Source of the DNA: an uncultured Bdellovibrionales bacterium
Lineage (GTDB): Bacteria > Patescibacteriota > Minisyncoccia > Moranbacterales > UBA9337
DNA length: 64,000 nt
Direction of reading: 5' to 3'
NCBI GenBank assembly: GCA_964605525.1
Contig: CAZSCV010000005.1
Location: 39,256-103,255, forward strand
The notes under the pieces: generated by a model
Databases searched by the model: none
What the model was told of the DNA's origin: nothing
What the model saw: only the letters and a program-made list of their open reading frames with translations
Shown here: positions 20,971 through 29,525 of the stretch, piece after piece
Position numbering within the stretch: the stretch's first letter is position 1
Layout of the letters: every line of letters starts with the position of its first letter
Made by a program: the position numbers and the translations under genes

Positions 20971-21222
20971 TTCTCCTCCCTCGCCTCCCTTATTTCAGGA
21001 GACTTTTTATTTTATTGTCAAAACAACTATTTCTTATCCTTATATCACTATTTTGCCGTATTTTGGAAAAAAAGCAAGTTTTTTTGATGTTGAGATTGAC
21101 AAATGAGGTTGAGATAGGGGATAATGGGAAATCATAGAAATATGGTTGTTGGTTGCAGTTGTTTGACAAATGAATAATGGAATAATGATTGATGAATATA
21201 AAATTATATAGGAGGAAGGAAG

Positions 21223-22378
21223 ATGAAAGATATGAAGATAATCGGATTGGAAGATGTTTTGAAAAAGGCGAAAAAATATGCCGCTACGGATGTTCCGATT
21301 CTCATCACTGGAGAGCCGGGAGTGGGGAAGGAAGTTGTGGCGGAATTTATTCACAGGAATAGTTTGCGTGCGGAAAGAGTTTTCAATCCGCTTAACTGTG
21401 GGGCCGCTAATGGCCTCGTGGACAGCGAACTTTTCGGACACAGAAAGGGCTCTTTTACGGATGCTCGCTTTGATCGCCCGGGACGTTTGATGGCATCTGC
21501 TGGCGGGACGGTTTTTTTGGACGAGATTGGCGATATGCCGACTTCCGTTCAAGCAAAAATCTTGCGGTTTTTGAACGGCAGAGGCGAGATTCAGCAAATC
21601 GGGGCGGACCGTCCCGTATATGTTGAAACGCGCATAATTTGCGCAACAAATCAGTTGCTCCGAAAAATGGTTTCAGAAAAAACGTTTCGGAGAGATTTGT
21701 ATAGTCGGATTTCCGGGTTTGAAATTCACATTCCGTCGCTTCGCGAGCGCAGGGATGAGATTCCAACTTTTCGTGGAACATTTTTTTGAGTATTTCACTG
21801 AGAAATATCAAAAAAAATGGTGTCGCGATTTCATTATCCCTCGTCTTACAGAGCTGGCGATGGAAATGTCATGGCCGGGGAATGTCAGGGAATTGATGGG
21901 TTGGATCGAGAAGTTTGTTGTTCTTGAAGATCTTGAGACAGCCTGTTGTTCTAGTAAAAAAGAAATAAAGATCATCAGGAGTGTTCCTGATGATGCAATG
22001 GGAAAATGCATTATAATTCCGGAGAAAGAGTTTCCCCTTTTTCCCGAGGAGGTTGGTTTTGAAAAAATTCCGGTTGAAGGTGGTTTTGTGGATGGGGAAT
22101 GCTTTGCACCTAATTGTGCAAGCGGGGATTTTCAGCCGTTGTCATTGAGTTTTAATCCGTTTGTTCTCGATAATTTCCGTTTTTTGGAAATGGATGAACC
22201 TCAAAAAAAAGAAGCTTTGAAAAAAGCTCTTGAAAAAAATAATGGGGTTGTAACGGCGGCTGGAAGGGATTTGGGCTTGCCCGAATCTTCGGCTAGCTAT
22301 TTCGTAAAAAAATTGGGGCTTATTGAGTATGCAAGGGAACTCAAAAAAGCCGCAAAAAAATCGGAAAAATCCGCTTGA
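21223..22378 (+). pseudogene. sigma-54-dependent transcriptional activator (AAA+ bEBP, PspF-like, no sensor domain), disrupted by a +1 frameshift near 21768
   Basis: Walker A GEPGVGKE, GAFTGA-loop variant GSFTDA and RRDLYSRI in frame 1. WPGNVREL and a C-terminal Fis-type HTH in frame 2 (ORF 21719..22378). Removing one A in ccaactttt restores EIPLFVEHFFEYF. Confidence 0.75.
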
Positions 22379-22385
22379 TTTAAAA

Positions 22386-22421
22386 CAGGATCGGCACAAA
22401 TGCGCCGACCCTGTTTTTTTG
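22386..22421 (+). terminator. rho-independent terminator
   Basis: Hairpin caggatcggcacaaatgcgccgaccctg followed by T7. Confidence 0.7.
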
Positions 22422-22431
22422 TCTTTTAAAT

Positions 22432-22476
22432 TTAATGTACCAGTTTCCAGAGCATTTTCCAGACGGTTTTGATGCC
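22432..22476. repeat. 45-bp direct repeat, copy 1, duplicating the 3' end of the GT2 gene at 23805..24494; the second copy is 23805..23849 (the native 3' end)
   Basis: 44/45 identical. The reverse complement encodes GIKTVWKMLWKLVH plus a stop, which is the C-terminus of the GT2. The copies bracket the second AbiE-like cassette. Confidence 0.85.
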
Positions 22477-22553
22477 ACTTGTAAGGGCAAATTGACAATA
22501 TTTCAAGTTATGATAAACTGAAAGTAAGAAAAAATAACACTTTTAGTCTATAT

Positions 22554-23126
22554 ATGGATAATTTTCTGACAATTATATATGGTTCAAAACAAACGGTTTT
22601 TACCAGCAAAGAAATCGCTATTTTAATCGGGGAAAAAAATGCCGATAAACTCAAGTCAAAGTTGTCCTATTATGTGAAAACCGGAAAATTGATCCGGCTT
22701 CGTCGTGGAATTTTCTCAAAAAAAGATGATTATGACAAAAATGAACTGGCTGTCAGAATTTTTACTCCGGCATATGTGAGTTTTGAAACGGTTTTAGCAA
22801 AAGAAGGCGTGATATTTCAATATTATGAAACAATTTTTGCAGCCAGCTACCTTTCGCGGAATCTGAAATTCAGGGAAAATAAATTTACGTTTCGAAAACT
22901 CAAAAGTGAGATATTGATTAATCAGCAAGGATTAATAAATCGAGGGACGTATTTTGAGGCATCAAAAGAGCGAGCTTTTTTGGATATGTTGTATTTGTTT
23001 GGAAGCTGTCATTTTGATAATCTTCGAAATATCAATTGGAATACTTGTTTTGATATTGTCGGTATATATAAAAACAAAATGCTGGAAAAAAGACTTAAAA
23101 ATTATTTTGAAAAATATGCTAAATAA
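22554..23126 (+). CDS. AbiEi-like antitoxin/regulator (type IV TA, putative)
   Basis: 190 aa, directly upstream of and overlapping the AbiEii-like gene. Its own TTGACA-N16-TAAACT promoter lies at ~22492-22520. GC is at genome background, unlike the surrounding island. Confidence 0.45.
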   Translation: MDNFLTIIYGSKQTVFTSKEIAILIGEKNADKLKSKLSYYVKTGKLIRLRRGIFSKKDDYDKNELAVRIFTPAYVSFETVLAKEGVIFQYYETIFAASYLSRNLKFRENKFTFRKLKSEILINQQGLINRGTYFEASKERAFLDMLYLFGSCHFDNLRNINWNTCFDIVGIYKNKMLEKRLKNYFEKYAK

Positions 23127-23808
23127 AGAAAAACACAGACTGGTTATGGCGCAAATATTAAAAGATATTTATTCTGATATCTCTATTGCATCTCTGTTGG
23201 GTTTTAAGGGTGGTACGGCAGCATATTCATTTTATGAATTGCCGAGATTTTCTGTTGATTTGGATTTTGATTTATTGGATGACTCTGAATCAAACAGGAA
23301 TTTGATATTCGAAAAAATAAAAAATATTATTTCAAAATACGGTGAAATCAAGGACAAACAACAAAAATTTGCGACTATATTTTTTGCTCTTTCATATGAA
23401 TCAGGTGAGCATCAAATAAAGGTTGAAATAAATATGAGAAAAACCGGTGCCAGTTATGAAATGAAAAATTATTTCGGCATACCGGTTTTGGCAAGTACCA
23501 AAGAGTCTATGTTTTCGGCAAAACTAGTGGCACTTTTGAATCGCAAGGAATTTGCGGCGCGGGATCTTTTTGATGTGTATTATTTTCTCAAAAACAATTG
23601 GGGGACTGATAATAATGTTTTTGAATCATATAATATTTCGTCTGAAAAAGAATATATCAAAAAGTGCGTTTCTTTTGTTGAAAACGTTCCGGAGAATACT
23701 TTATTGAAAAATCTCGGAGAGCTTATTGATGAAAAGCAAAAAGAATTTGTCAAAACAAAAATAAAAGACGAGGTAATTTTTATGTTAAAGGCTCGTTGGA
23801 ATATTTAA
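23116..23808 (+). CDS. AbiEii/AbiGii-family nucleotidyltransferase toxin (DUF1814)
   Basis: LLGFKGGTAAYSFYELPRFSVDLDFDLL motif. Start is the in-frame ATG at 23116; an alternative is 23146. Confidence 0.7.
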   Translation: MLNKEKHRLVMAQILKDIYSDISIASLLGFKGGTAAYSFYELPRFSVDLDFDLLDDSESNRNLIFEKIKNIISKYGEIKDKQQKFATIFFALSYESGEHQIKVEINMRKTGASYEMKNYFGIPVLASTKESMFSAKLVALLNRKEFAARDLFDVYYFLKNNWGTDNNVFESYNISSEKEYIKKCVSFVENVPENTLLKNLGELIDEKQKEFVKTKIKDEVIFMLKARWNI

Positions 23809-24494
23809 TGCACCAGTTTCCAGAGCATTTTCCAGACGGTTTTGATGCCGTTGGCAAGCGATTGCTTTTGAGCTTTTCCCATTGAGTATTCTGTATAGCG
23901 GACTTGAATGGGGATTTCTTTGTATTTAAGTTTGTATTTGTATATTTCCCGGATTACTTCGCTGTCATATTCATATCGGTCGCCAAGAGTGTTGATGACT
24001 TCGGCGGCGCGACGGGAATAGGCGCGCAATCCCGATTGACTGTCGGTAACCCAAAGACCATAGAGATACCAGGTGATGGCGTTGCCGATTTTGTTGTGGA
24101 TGATTTTGTACCAAGGCATTCCTTCAGGATTCATCAGACGCGAACCCAAAACCACGTCGCAATTTCCTGAGGCGATAGGGGAGATGAGGCGCGCAATGTC
24201 TTTGGGGTCATGCTGTCCGTCGGCATCCATTGTGATGATAATATCAGCGCCCAAAAGTTTGGCGGCTTCAATACCGGTTTTGGCGGCCGCTCCTTTTCCG
24301 CGGTTGATTTTGTGCCGGAGCGCCGTGGCGCCGGGAATTTCCTTGGATTTGGAAAAAGTGCCGTCCGCGCTTCCGTCGTCGACGATAATGATTTTTTCAT
24401 ATCCGGCATCGCGGATTTCTTTGGCAACATCAGCAATAACCTTTTCTTCGTTGTAAGCGGGAATAACGATATAAATTTTTTCGTTGTTTTTCAT
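23805..24494 (-). CDS. glycosyltransferase family 2 (polyprenyl-phosphate sugar synthase, DPM1-like)
   Basis: IYIVIPAYNEEKVI...IIVDDGSADGT. Noticeably GC-rich. Confidence 0.8.
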   Translation of the reverse strand: MKNNEKIYIVIPAYNEEKVIADVAKEIRDAGYEKIIIVDDGSADGTFSKSKEIPGATALRHKINRGKGAAAKTGIEAAKLLGADIIITMDADGQHDPKDIARLISPIASGNCDVVLGSRLMNPEGMPWYKIIHNKIGNAITWYLYGLWVTDSQSGLRAYSRRAAEVINTLGDRYEYDSEVIREIYKYKLKYKEIPIQVRYTEYSMGKAQKQSLANGIKTVWKMLWKLVH

Positions 24495-24517
24495 ATTTGT
24501 TATTATATGTCATTTTT

Positions 24518-24561
24518 GAAAAATAAAAAACCCCGCCAAGCGCTCGTGGCGCATGGCGGGG
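24518..24561 (-). terminator. rho-independent terminator for the lipoprotein gene
   Basis: Hairpin ccccgccaagcgctcgtggcgcatggcgggg followed on the minus strand by a T-run. Confidence 0.65.
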
Positions 24562-24568
24562 GCAAAGG

Positions 24569-25042
24569 TTATTCTAAATAGACTACTTCTATCTCATTTG
24601 AATGATCACTTATGTATACCAAGCGGTGTTCAAATGGATAATACGCTATTACTTTGTTAGTGAAGTAGTATTTTTTGATTCCCGGAACTGTTTGGATTTT
24701 TATTTTTATCCATGGAGACCTCACACCGGAAACCTCCCTCTTGGAAACTATAAAAATCCGATCATAATTTCCGCTTTGGGTGCCGTAGGATATTATATAT
24801 CCCAGTATCGTTTCTCCGTATCCCTCTTCGGCATACGAGAAATTTTCAATAGACGTATCTATTAATATGTTATCAATAAATCGTTCTTTTCTTTTATTAT
24901 CATCCGGTGTATCCCATGCGAAAGTTAGCGAAACTTCTTTTTCTAAATTTCTTTCGACAACAAGATGTGACTGCGACGTGCAAGCTGCCAGTGGCAACAA
25001 TATCGACAACAAAAATAAAACAGATAAGAGATGTTTCTTCAT
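24569..25042 (-). CDS. lipoprotein, function unknown
   Basis: Signal peptide with lipobox LAAC. Confidence 0.5.
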   Translation of the reverse strand: MKKHLLSVLFLLSILLPLAACTSQSHLVVERNLEKEVSLTFAWDTPDDNKRKERFIDNILIDTSIENFSYAEEGYGETILGYIISYGTQSGNYDRIFIVSKREVSGVRSPWIKIKIQTVPGIKKYYFTNKVIAYYPFEHRLVYISDHSNEIEVVYLE

Positions 25043-25054
25043 TATAATACCTCA

Positions 25055-25996
25055 TTATTTTTCAGTTTTGGGTTTGAAATACGGATTTGGAAATCCGTAT
25101 TTAATTTCCGTTGACGGACCTGAGATCTCACCGCTTGAGAGGTAGAGAATGCAGGCGATATAAAAAACGATATCGCGCTGGTTTTTCCATTGGTGTACTG
25201 TTGTAGTTATGACAAGTGACTTTGCGGGATTTTCCGGTGTGGCAGTCAGACCCACATCGATTACGTGGTCATACTTCCGGCTCTCGGTGCCGTACAAGAT
25301 TTTGTAGCCGGCAAGCTTCTCCTCTTCCAGATTTTTATCCCACACCAATTTTATTTCTGGGGTCCGGATTATGACATTTCCCTTCTTGTCTTTTTCCAAT
25401 GACACGAATTTCGCGTCCTTTTCCTTTTCGGTTTTATTTTTATACCGGATAAAGAAATATGGACGTCGGATATCCGAGTCGTCGCCATCGGAAATTCCGT
25501 CATTGTCGGAATCAGGGTCGATGATGTTTGGAATGTTGTCTTCATCGAAGTCGATTTTGTTTTCGACTCGATCAATTCCCCAAGTTGCCAATTCTTCGCC
25601 GTCAGGAATCCCATCTTCATCGGAATCCGCTTTTTTTGGATCGGTTCCGATTTTTTGTTCGAAATCATCCGCCAACCCGTCCTTGTCGGAGTCGATTTGA
25701 TTTTCTCCGATTTGAAAAAGGATGATCTCCTCGGACGGAGGCATTTCCCTCCTGTCTTTGACAAATGAAACAGAAATGAAATTCGGCGCATCCAAATAGA
25801 GCGGAAGAGTGGAAACACTGACCTCGGTTAAATTTTCAACCGTGATTTTTTCCGAATAATCACGGGAATGCTTCCCGATTCGGATGATGTACTCCTTTAC
25901 GGTTATATCCGGCAATTTCGGCCAGATAATTTCGTATCCTAATGCAACGTCGGAACACGAAAAAACAAAGCAAAAAATCAGGAATACTTTTTTCAT
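25055..25996 (-). CDS. secreted calcium-binding protein with thrombospondin type-3-like DxDxDG repeats
   Basis: Signal peptide plus repeated DSDKDGLADD, DSDEDGIPDGEE, DEDNIPNIIDPDSDNDGISDGDDSD motifs. Confidence 0.55.
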   Translation of the reverse strand: MKKVFLIFCFVFSCSDVALGYEIIWPKLPDITVKEYIIRIGKHSRDYSEKITVENLTEVSVSTLPLYLDAPNFISVSFVKDRREMPPSEEIILFQIGENQIDSDKDGLADDFEQKIGTDPKKADSDEDGIPDGEELATWGIDRVENKIDFDEDNIPNIIDPDSDNDGISDGDDSDIRRPYFFIRYKNKTEKEKDAKFVSLEKDKKGNVIIRTPEIKLVWDKNLEEEKLAGYKILYGTESRKYDHVIDVGLTATPENPAKSLVITTTVHQWKNQRDIVFYIACILYLSSGEISGPSTEIKYGFPNPYFKPKTEK

Positions 25997-26090
25997 GGCA
26001 AAACCTCTCGGGTTTAATATGTTGAATTGTTAAGAAGCTGTTTTTTGTTTTCATAAAAGTCTAGCATATTTTCGCATAAAAGCAATACTG

Positions 26091-26123
26091 CTACAAAATC
26101 TCGCGATCGTGAGTGTTTTGTAG
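26091..26123. repeat. 33-bp imperfect palindrome ctacaaaatctcgcgatcgtgagtgttttgtag; second copy in inverted orientation at 30858..30890
   Basis: A 22-nt core tacaaaatctcgcgatcgtgag is identical between copies. It sits between a terminator and the next promoter. Confidence 0.7.
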
Positions 26124-26139
26124 TGTGGGAATGTGGGAA

Positions 26140-26179
26140 ATAAAAAAGGACTCATGCAAGGCAATGCTTGCATGAGTCC
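26140..26179 (-). terminator. strong rho-independent terminator for the 646-aa protein gene
   Basis: Perfect 13-bp stem ggactcatgcaag/cttgcatgagtcc followed on the minus strand by TTTTTTATTT. Confidence 0.8.
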
Positions 26180-26203
26180 TGTTGTGTCGGGTTTCCGACG
26201 TTA

Positions 26204-28144
26204 CTATTTCAAACAAGATAACAGTGAATGATCGGAAGAGTGATCGAATTCAAATTCGCTTACTCCTGCCATTCTGACAGTGCGATTTGTTCCAACCCCG
26301 TGGACTACTGAGATGATGGGATTGTCATATCCCTTCTCTTGCCACGAAAATTGGTGGAGCTTGTCCGTTTCGAATACATCACCATTTTTAGTTTTTGTAT
26401 CCAGAGACTCGGTTTCCCCTGTTGCCTCGACAAATACGAACGGTACTCCGTCGATGAGCATATGGTTTGAAAATGGATCTGTGATCACCCTTTCCGCCGG
26501 AATATTTTCCGCCTGCACTAACGTGACGGCATGACCTCGTCCGAAAAAGTTGAGGGTTCCGATGGCAACTGTGCTGGTGTCGCCGAGGACGGTGTTCTCG
26601 GCGGAAAAATAAAGCGTTGCCATGGCAATGGCATGTCCCTCGCAGTCTTCACCGCGATTGAGCATTGCCATTGGAAGTGTCATTGGAATTTCCTCGGGAC
26701 TGTTATTTCCGGACTTACTTCCATCAAACTTCTTGTCGGAAATATAGTCCAGATCTCGGGCCGAAAAATCGGAAATTTTTTGAAGTGCCTCTGGTTTAGT
26801 TGAGGCATCTCCGATGATTTCCTTGGCAAGTCTTTCAGTGGAGGGCGTTTTGACGATGTATGCCGCAAGATAGCTGTCGCCAAAATTACTATTTCCGTTG
26901 CCGGGATAGAGCGGTAAGACTTTCGCCCGGCGGTTTTCCTCGACTTGCTGTTGCGCAACAAGAATGTCGCGATATGTTATTGACTTGTCGCGTTTGGCGC
27001 CGAGTACAATTGGATCATCTTGACCCATTTTCGCCAAATAGGAAAACGGGATGATGATTGATTGTGTCGGGTCGAGTGACCCAAAAAAGAGCAGTTCATT
27101 GCGGGAATTCCGCAATGGAACTGCCACTTCGTCGTACCCGTCAACTTCGTGACCGTTTTTGTCGGTTTTTTTCCAGGCGACAACGGTCATATCGACAGGA
27201 AGGTCTGCTGAATACACAGGACGTGCATTTAGACCGCTTCCTGTAATCTCGATTTTTTTCGGATCAAGATATGCTCCATAAGCGGCAGCATATTGATTCG
27301 AAATCAGTCGCGTTGTTCGCTCCTGATCCCACTCGCCAGTCTCCCAATCGCAAAGATTAGTGAGGATATAGTAGGCAACTAGGAGAGATTCTTCCGGTTC
27401 TAGATTGGGCGTTCCTAATTCAACACTGGTTTTGTCCCGGCGCCCCTTGCCATTGGGGTGCAAAAATATATAGATGTCGCCCGAAAGGTCGATCCAGCGT
27501 GTTTCGCCGTCGGCGAATTGCCGATTGAAACCAGTAAGACCTTGCATTCCATCTGTTTCGAAAAACGGATTGGACATATAATAATCCGAGCCTTGAACAA
27601 GCGCGCCATTACTGCCGGAGAAATCTCCATATGGTACTGAAGAGAATGCCATCGAAAAATTTTCCCTTGCTACGATTTCCGTGTTCATTTTTCCCTCTCT
27701 TGCGATTCGAGAGGGGAGAACCCAGTCCATCGCTGTGGTTCGCGAAAGGTATTTCCTTGCCGCGTTGTACGCGGCAAAACTTACAGGATCATTCAGCTCC
27801 CGATTTTTTCCGTCGCCTTCGACAATAGAAATCGTGTCGCCGAGAGCGAACCTTCCATTGACGAAGTCAAGCCATGAAATCGTGATGGACTGGATGTGAA
27901 GATCTTTTTCGATGCTGGAATATGGGATGTGATACACCCCTCGATAGGGGTGATGGATTTTTGCTGCATTGGATACGGCATATTCGACCGCGAACCCTCC
28001 GCCGACAAAAAACGCAATTGTGAAAAATATCCCCAGCCATTTGAAAACAGATTTTGCAATTTGTTTTCTGGGTTGGAAATTACCGCTTGTTGTTCCGGAA
28101 ACATGCTTTGCTTCCGGCCAATTCAGTTTTTCCAGATAACTCAT
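26204..28144 (-). CDS. N-terminally membrane-anchored extracellular protein (646 aa) with a C-terminal transglutaminase-like Cys-His-Asp core
   Basis: TM helix WLGIFFTIAFFVGGGFAV near the N-terminus. Candidate C-terminal triad GEDCEGHAIAMATLYF ... GHAVTLV ...(18 aa)... DP. GC-rich. Confidence 0.45.
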   Translation of the reverse strand: MSYLEKLNWPEAKHVSGTTSGNFQPRKQIAKSVFKWLGIFFTIAFFVGGGFAVEYAVSNAAKIHHPYRGVYHIPYSSIEKDLHIQSITISWLDFVNGRFALGDTISIVEGDGKNRELNDPVSFAAYNAARKYLSRTTAMDWVLPSRIAREGKMNTEIVARENFSMAFSSVPYGDFSGSNGALVQGSDYYMSNPFFETDGMQGLTGFNRQFADGETRWIDLSGDIYIFLHPNGKGRRDKTSVELGTPNLEPEESLLVAYYILTNLCDWETGEWDQERTTRLISNQYAAAYGAYLDPKKIEITGSGLNARPVYSADLPVDMTVVAWKKTDKNGHEVDGYDEVAVPLRNSRNELLFFGSLDPTQSIIIPFSYLAKMGQDDPIVLGAKRDKSITYRDILVAQQQVEENRRAKVLPLYPGNGNSNFGDSYLAAYIVKTPSTERLAKEIIGDASTKPEALQKISDFSARDLDYISDKKFDGSKSGNNSPEEIPMTLPMAMLNRGEDCEGHAIAMATLYFSAENTVLGDTSTVAIGTLNFFGRGHAVTLVQAENIPAERVITDPFSNHMLIDGVPFVFVEATGETESLDTKTKNGDVFETDKLHQFSWQEKGYDNPIISVVHGVGTNRTVRMAGVSEFEFDHSSDHSLLSCLK

Positions 28145-28164
28145 TTTTTCCTCCTCCTTTTTTG

Positions 28165-28533
28165 TCAGGAAATTCCGCCGGATAATTCTCTGATTCTCCA
28201 GAAAACTCCCGGCATAGAAACTGCGTTCGTATATTCCTCAAGAAAATAGCTATATACCTTTCTTTCGGAGTTGAAGCGAACCTCAACGGTTCGGTGTTTT
28301 TTCTTTGCAAGTATTACGATACTTTTCAGTTCATAAGAACTCATATCACGATCATTGCATCTTGCGATGCAATCTTCTCCGATGCGGTACATATAGACAT
28401 CTACGTACGGAATCGGATCACTGCTTTCAAATTCTGTTGCATTATTTCCACCCTCTGATCGAACGGTGAATATCAGGAATACGCAAAATATCATCAGAAA
28501 ATCCACAAAACGGCGCAATAATGCTTCTCTCAT
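28165..28533 (-). CDS. ExbD/TolR-like single-pass membrane protein (putative)
   Basis: N-terminal TM helix with a conserved Asp (RRFVDFLMIFCVFLIF), then a ~90-aa domain patterned like the ExbD periplasmic domain. ATGA overlap with the upstream MotA/ExbB-like gene. Confidence 0.4.
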   Translation of the reverse strand: MREALLRRFVDFLMIFCVFLIFTVRSEGGNNATEFESSDPIPYVDVYMYRIGEDCIARCNDRDMSSYELKSIVILAKKKHRTVEVRFNSERKVYSYFLEEYTNAVSMPGVFWRIRELSGGIS

Positions 28534-29228
28534 AATGTTTTCTCCTTATTGAGTCGCAGAATCACGATAAAAGTTTTGAGCAGGATTTTTCTTTCCTCCT
28601 CCACTACGGTATTAAGGGTTAAAATTACCAATCCTCCGTACAATGCTAGAATAGTAGTATCCATTGCCAGATCGGCTCCAGCGAGCATTGAAGCAACCGA
28701 CGAACTTTTCTCATGGCATGCCAACTTGAACCCGACGAGCGTGCCAATTAAACCCAGTGCGGCAAGAATATAATCCAAATATTTCACCGCATTTGTGGAG
28801 CGAAGAAAAACTTCCTCGAAATAATTATCCAACCCATTCTTCACTTCATCCGACCAATTTCTTTGGTTGGCCAGAGAAAGCTTTTGAAAATGCTGAACAA
28901 GAATTGAATCGAAAAATTTCTTAGATAATGGAAGTTCTCCGCGTTGCAGGCTGGTGTCATTTGTGTATGCAATCATCCTCTCAATCAATATCGCTTCACT
29001 TTTTGTTGAAAAAAGTGTTGCGATTGATGAAATTATTCCAATCGCTATGATTGCCGAAATGGCAATCATTAGCGGATTGGAAAAATCCATTTTTTGAACA
29101 ATCGGCATTTTTGCCAGAAAAAACGTCAACAAAAATACCGCCATCATCGTTTGTAAATATTTCCAGATAAAAACGGTTGAATCTTTGATGGTTCTTGTTG
29201 TTTTTGTGATTTCCAAAGTTTTTTCCAT
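28530..29228 (-). CDS. MotA/TolQ/ExbB proton-channel family protein
   Basis: C-terminal TM pair with family signature LAALGLIGTLVGFKLA ... AMDTTILALYGGLV. Confidence 0.55.
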   Translation of the reverse strand: MEKTLEITKTTRTIKDSTVFIWKYLQTMMAVFLLTFFLAKMPIVQKMDFSNPLMIAISAIIAIGIISSIATLFSTKSEAILIERMIAYTNDTSLQRGELPLSKKFFDSILVQHFQKLSLANQRNWSDEVKNGLDNYFEEVFLRSTNAVKYLDYILAALGLIGTLVGFKLACHEKSSSVASMLAGADLAMDTTILALYGGLVILTLNTVVEEERKILLKTFIVILRLNKEKTL

Positions 29229-29393
29229 TTGCCTCTTCCTCCTCCATAGATTTGCGGGGATATCCCGCTAGTTCGATATTCAATTGTCAAATTACTACAA
29301 AACTTCGAAAATTCCGATTATTCGGACTTTTCTTGTATTTGCTTTAATTATCCATTTCTTGTGTTTTAAAGTCAAGCTTTTTTACGTTTTTAT

Positions 29394-29422
29394 TGACAAA
29401 ACCTTGGAAGTTTCTTATTCTT
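29394..29422 (+). promoter_or_regulatory. sigma-70-like promoter TTGACA-N17-TATTCT upstream of ugd
   Basis: Sequence match. A strong SD (ggagaggag) lies 6 nt before the ATG. Confidence 0.5.
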
Positions 29423-29525
29423 GCAGAAAGTTGTTTGAAAAAATGGTTATGCTAAAATAAAAGCATAAAAAATAAAAAATCCCAAATTCGGGAAAAACTT
29501 CCCGAGATAGGGAGAGGAGAAAAGA

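Noticed and set aside
20971-21222. Sigma-54 (-24 GG / -12 GC) promoter for the secreted-protein operon facing the bEBP
   Set aside because: The best candidate (tggttgttggttgca) has wrong GG-GC spacing and lies on the wrong strand for the secreted pair. A sigma-70 extended -10 (gtgatataag) fits instead.
24073-24581. Several plus-strand ORFs (24073..24456, 24210..24581, 23904..24170) antisense to the GT2 gene
   Set aside because: They overlap a well-supported GT2 CDS in a GC-rich region where long antisense ORFs arise by chance. No motifs.
28165-29228. Flagellar MotA/MotB stator interpretation
   Set aside because: The partner protein lacks a MotB OmpA-like peptidoglycan-binding domain, and no flagellar genes are nearby. 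An ExbB/ExbD-like energiser is more consistent.
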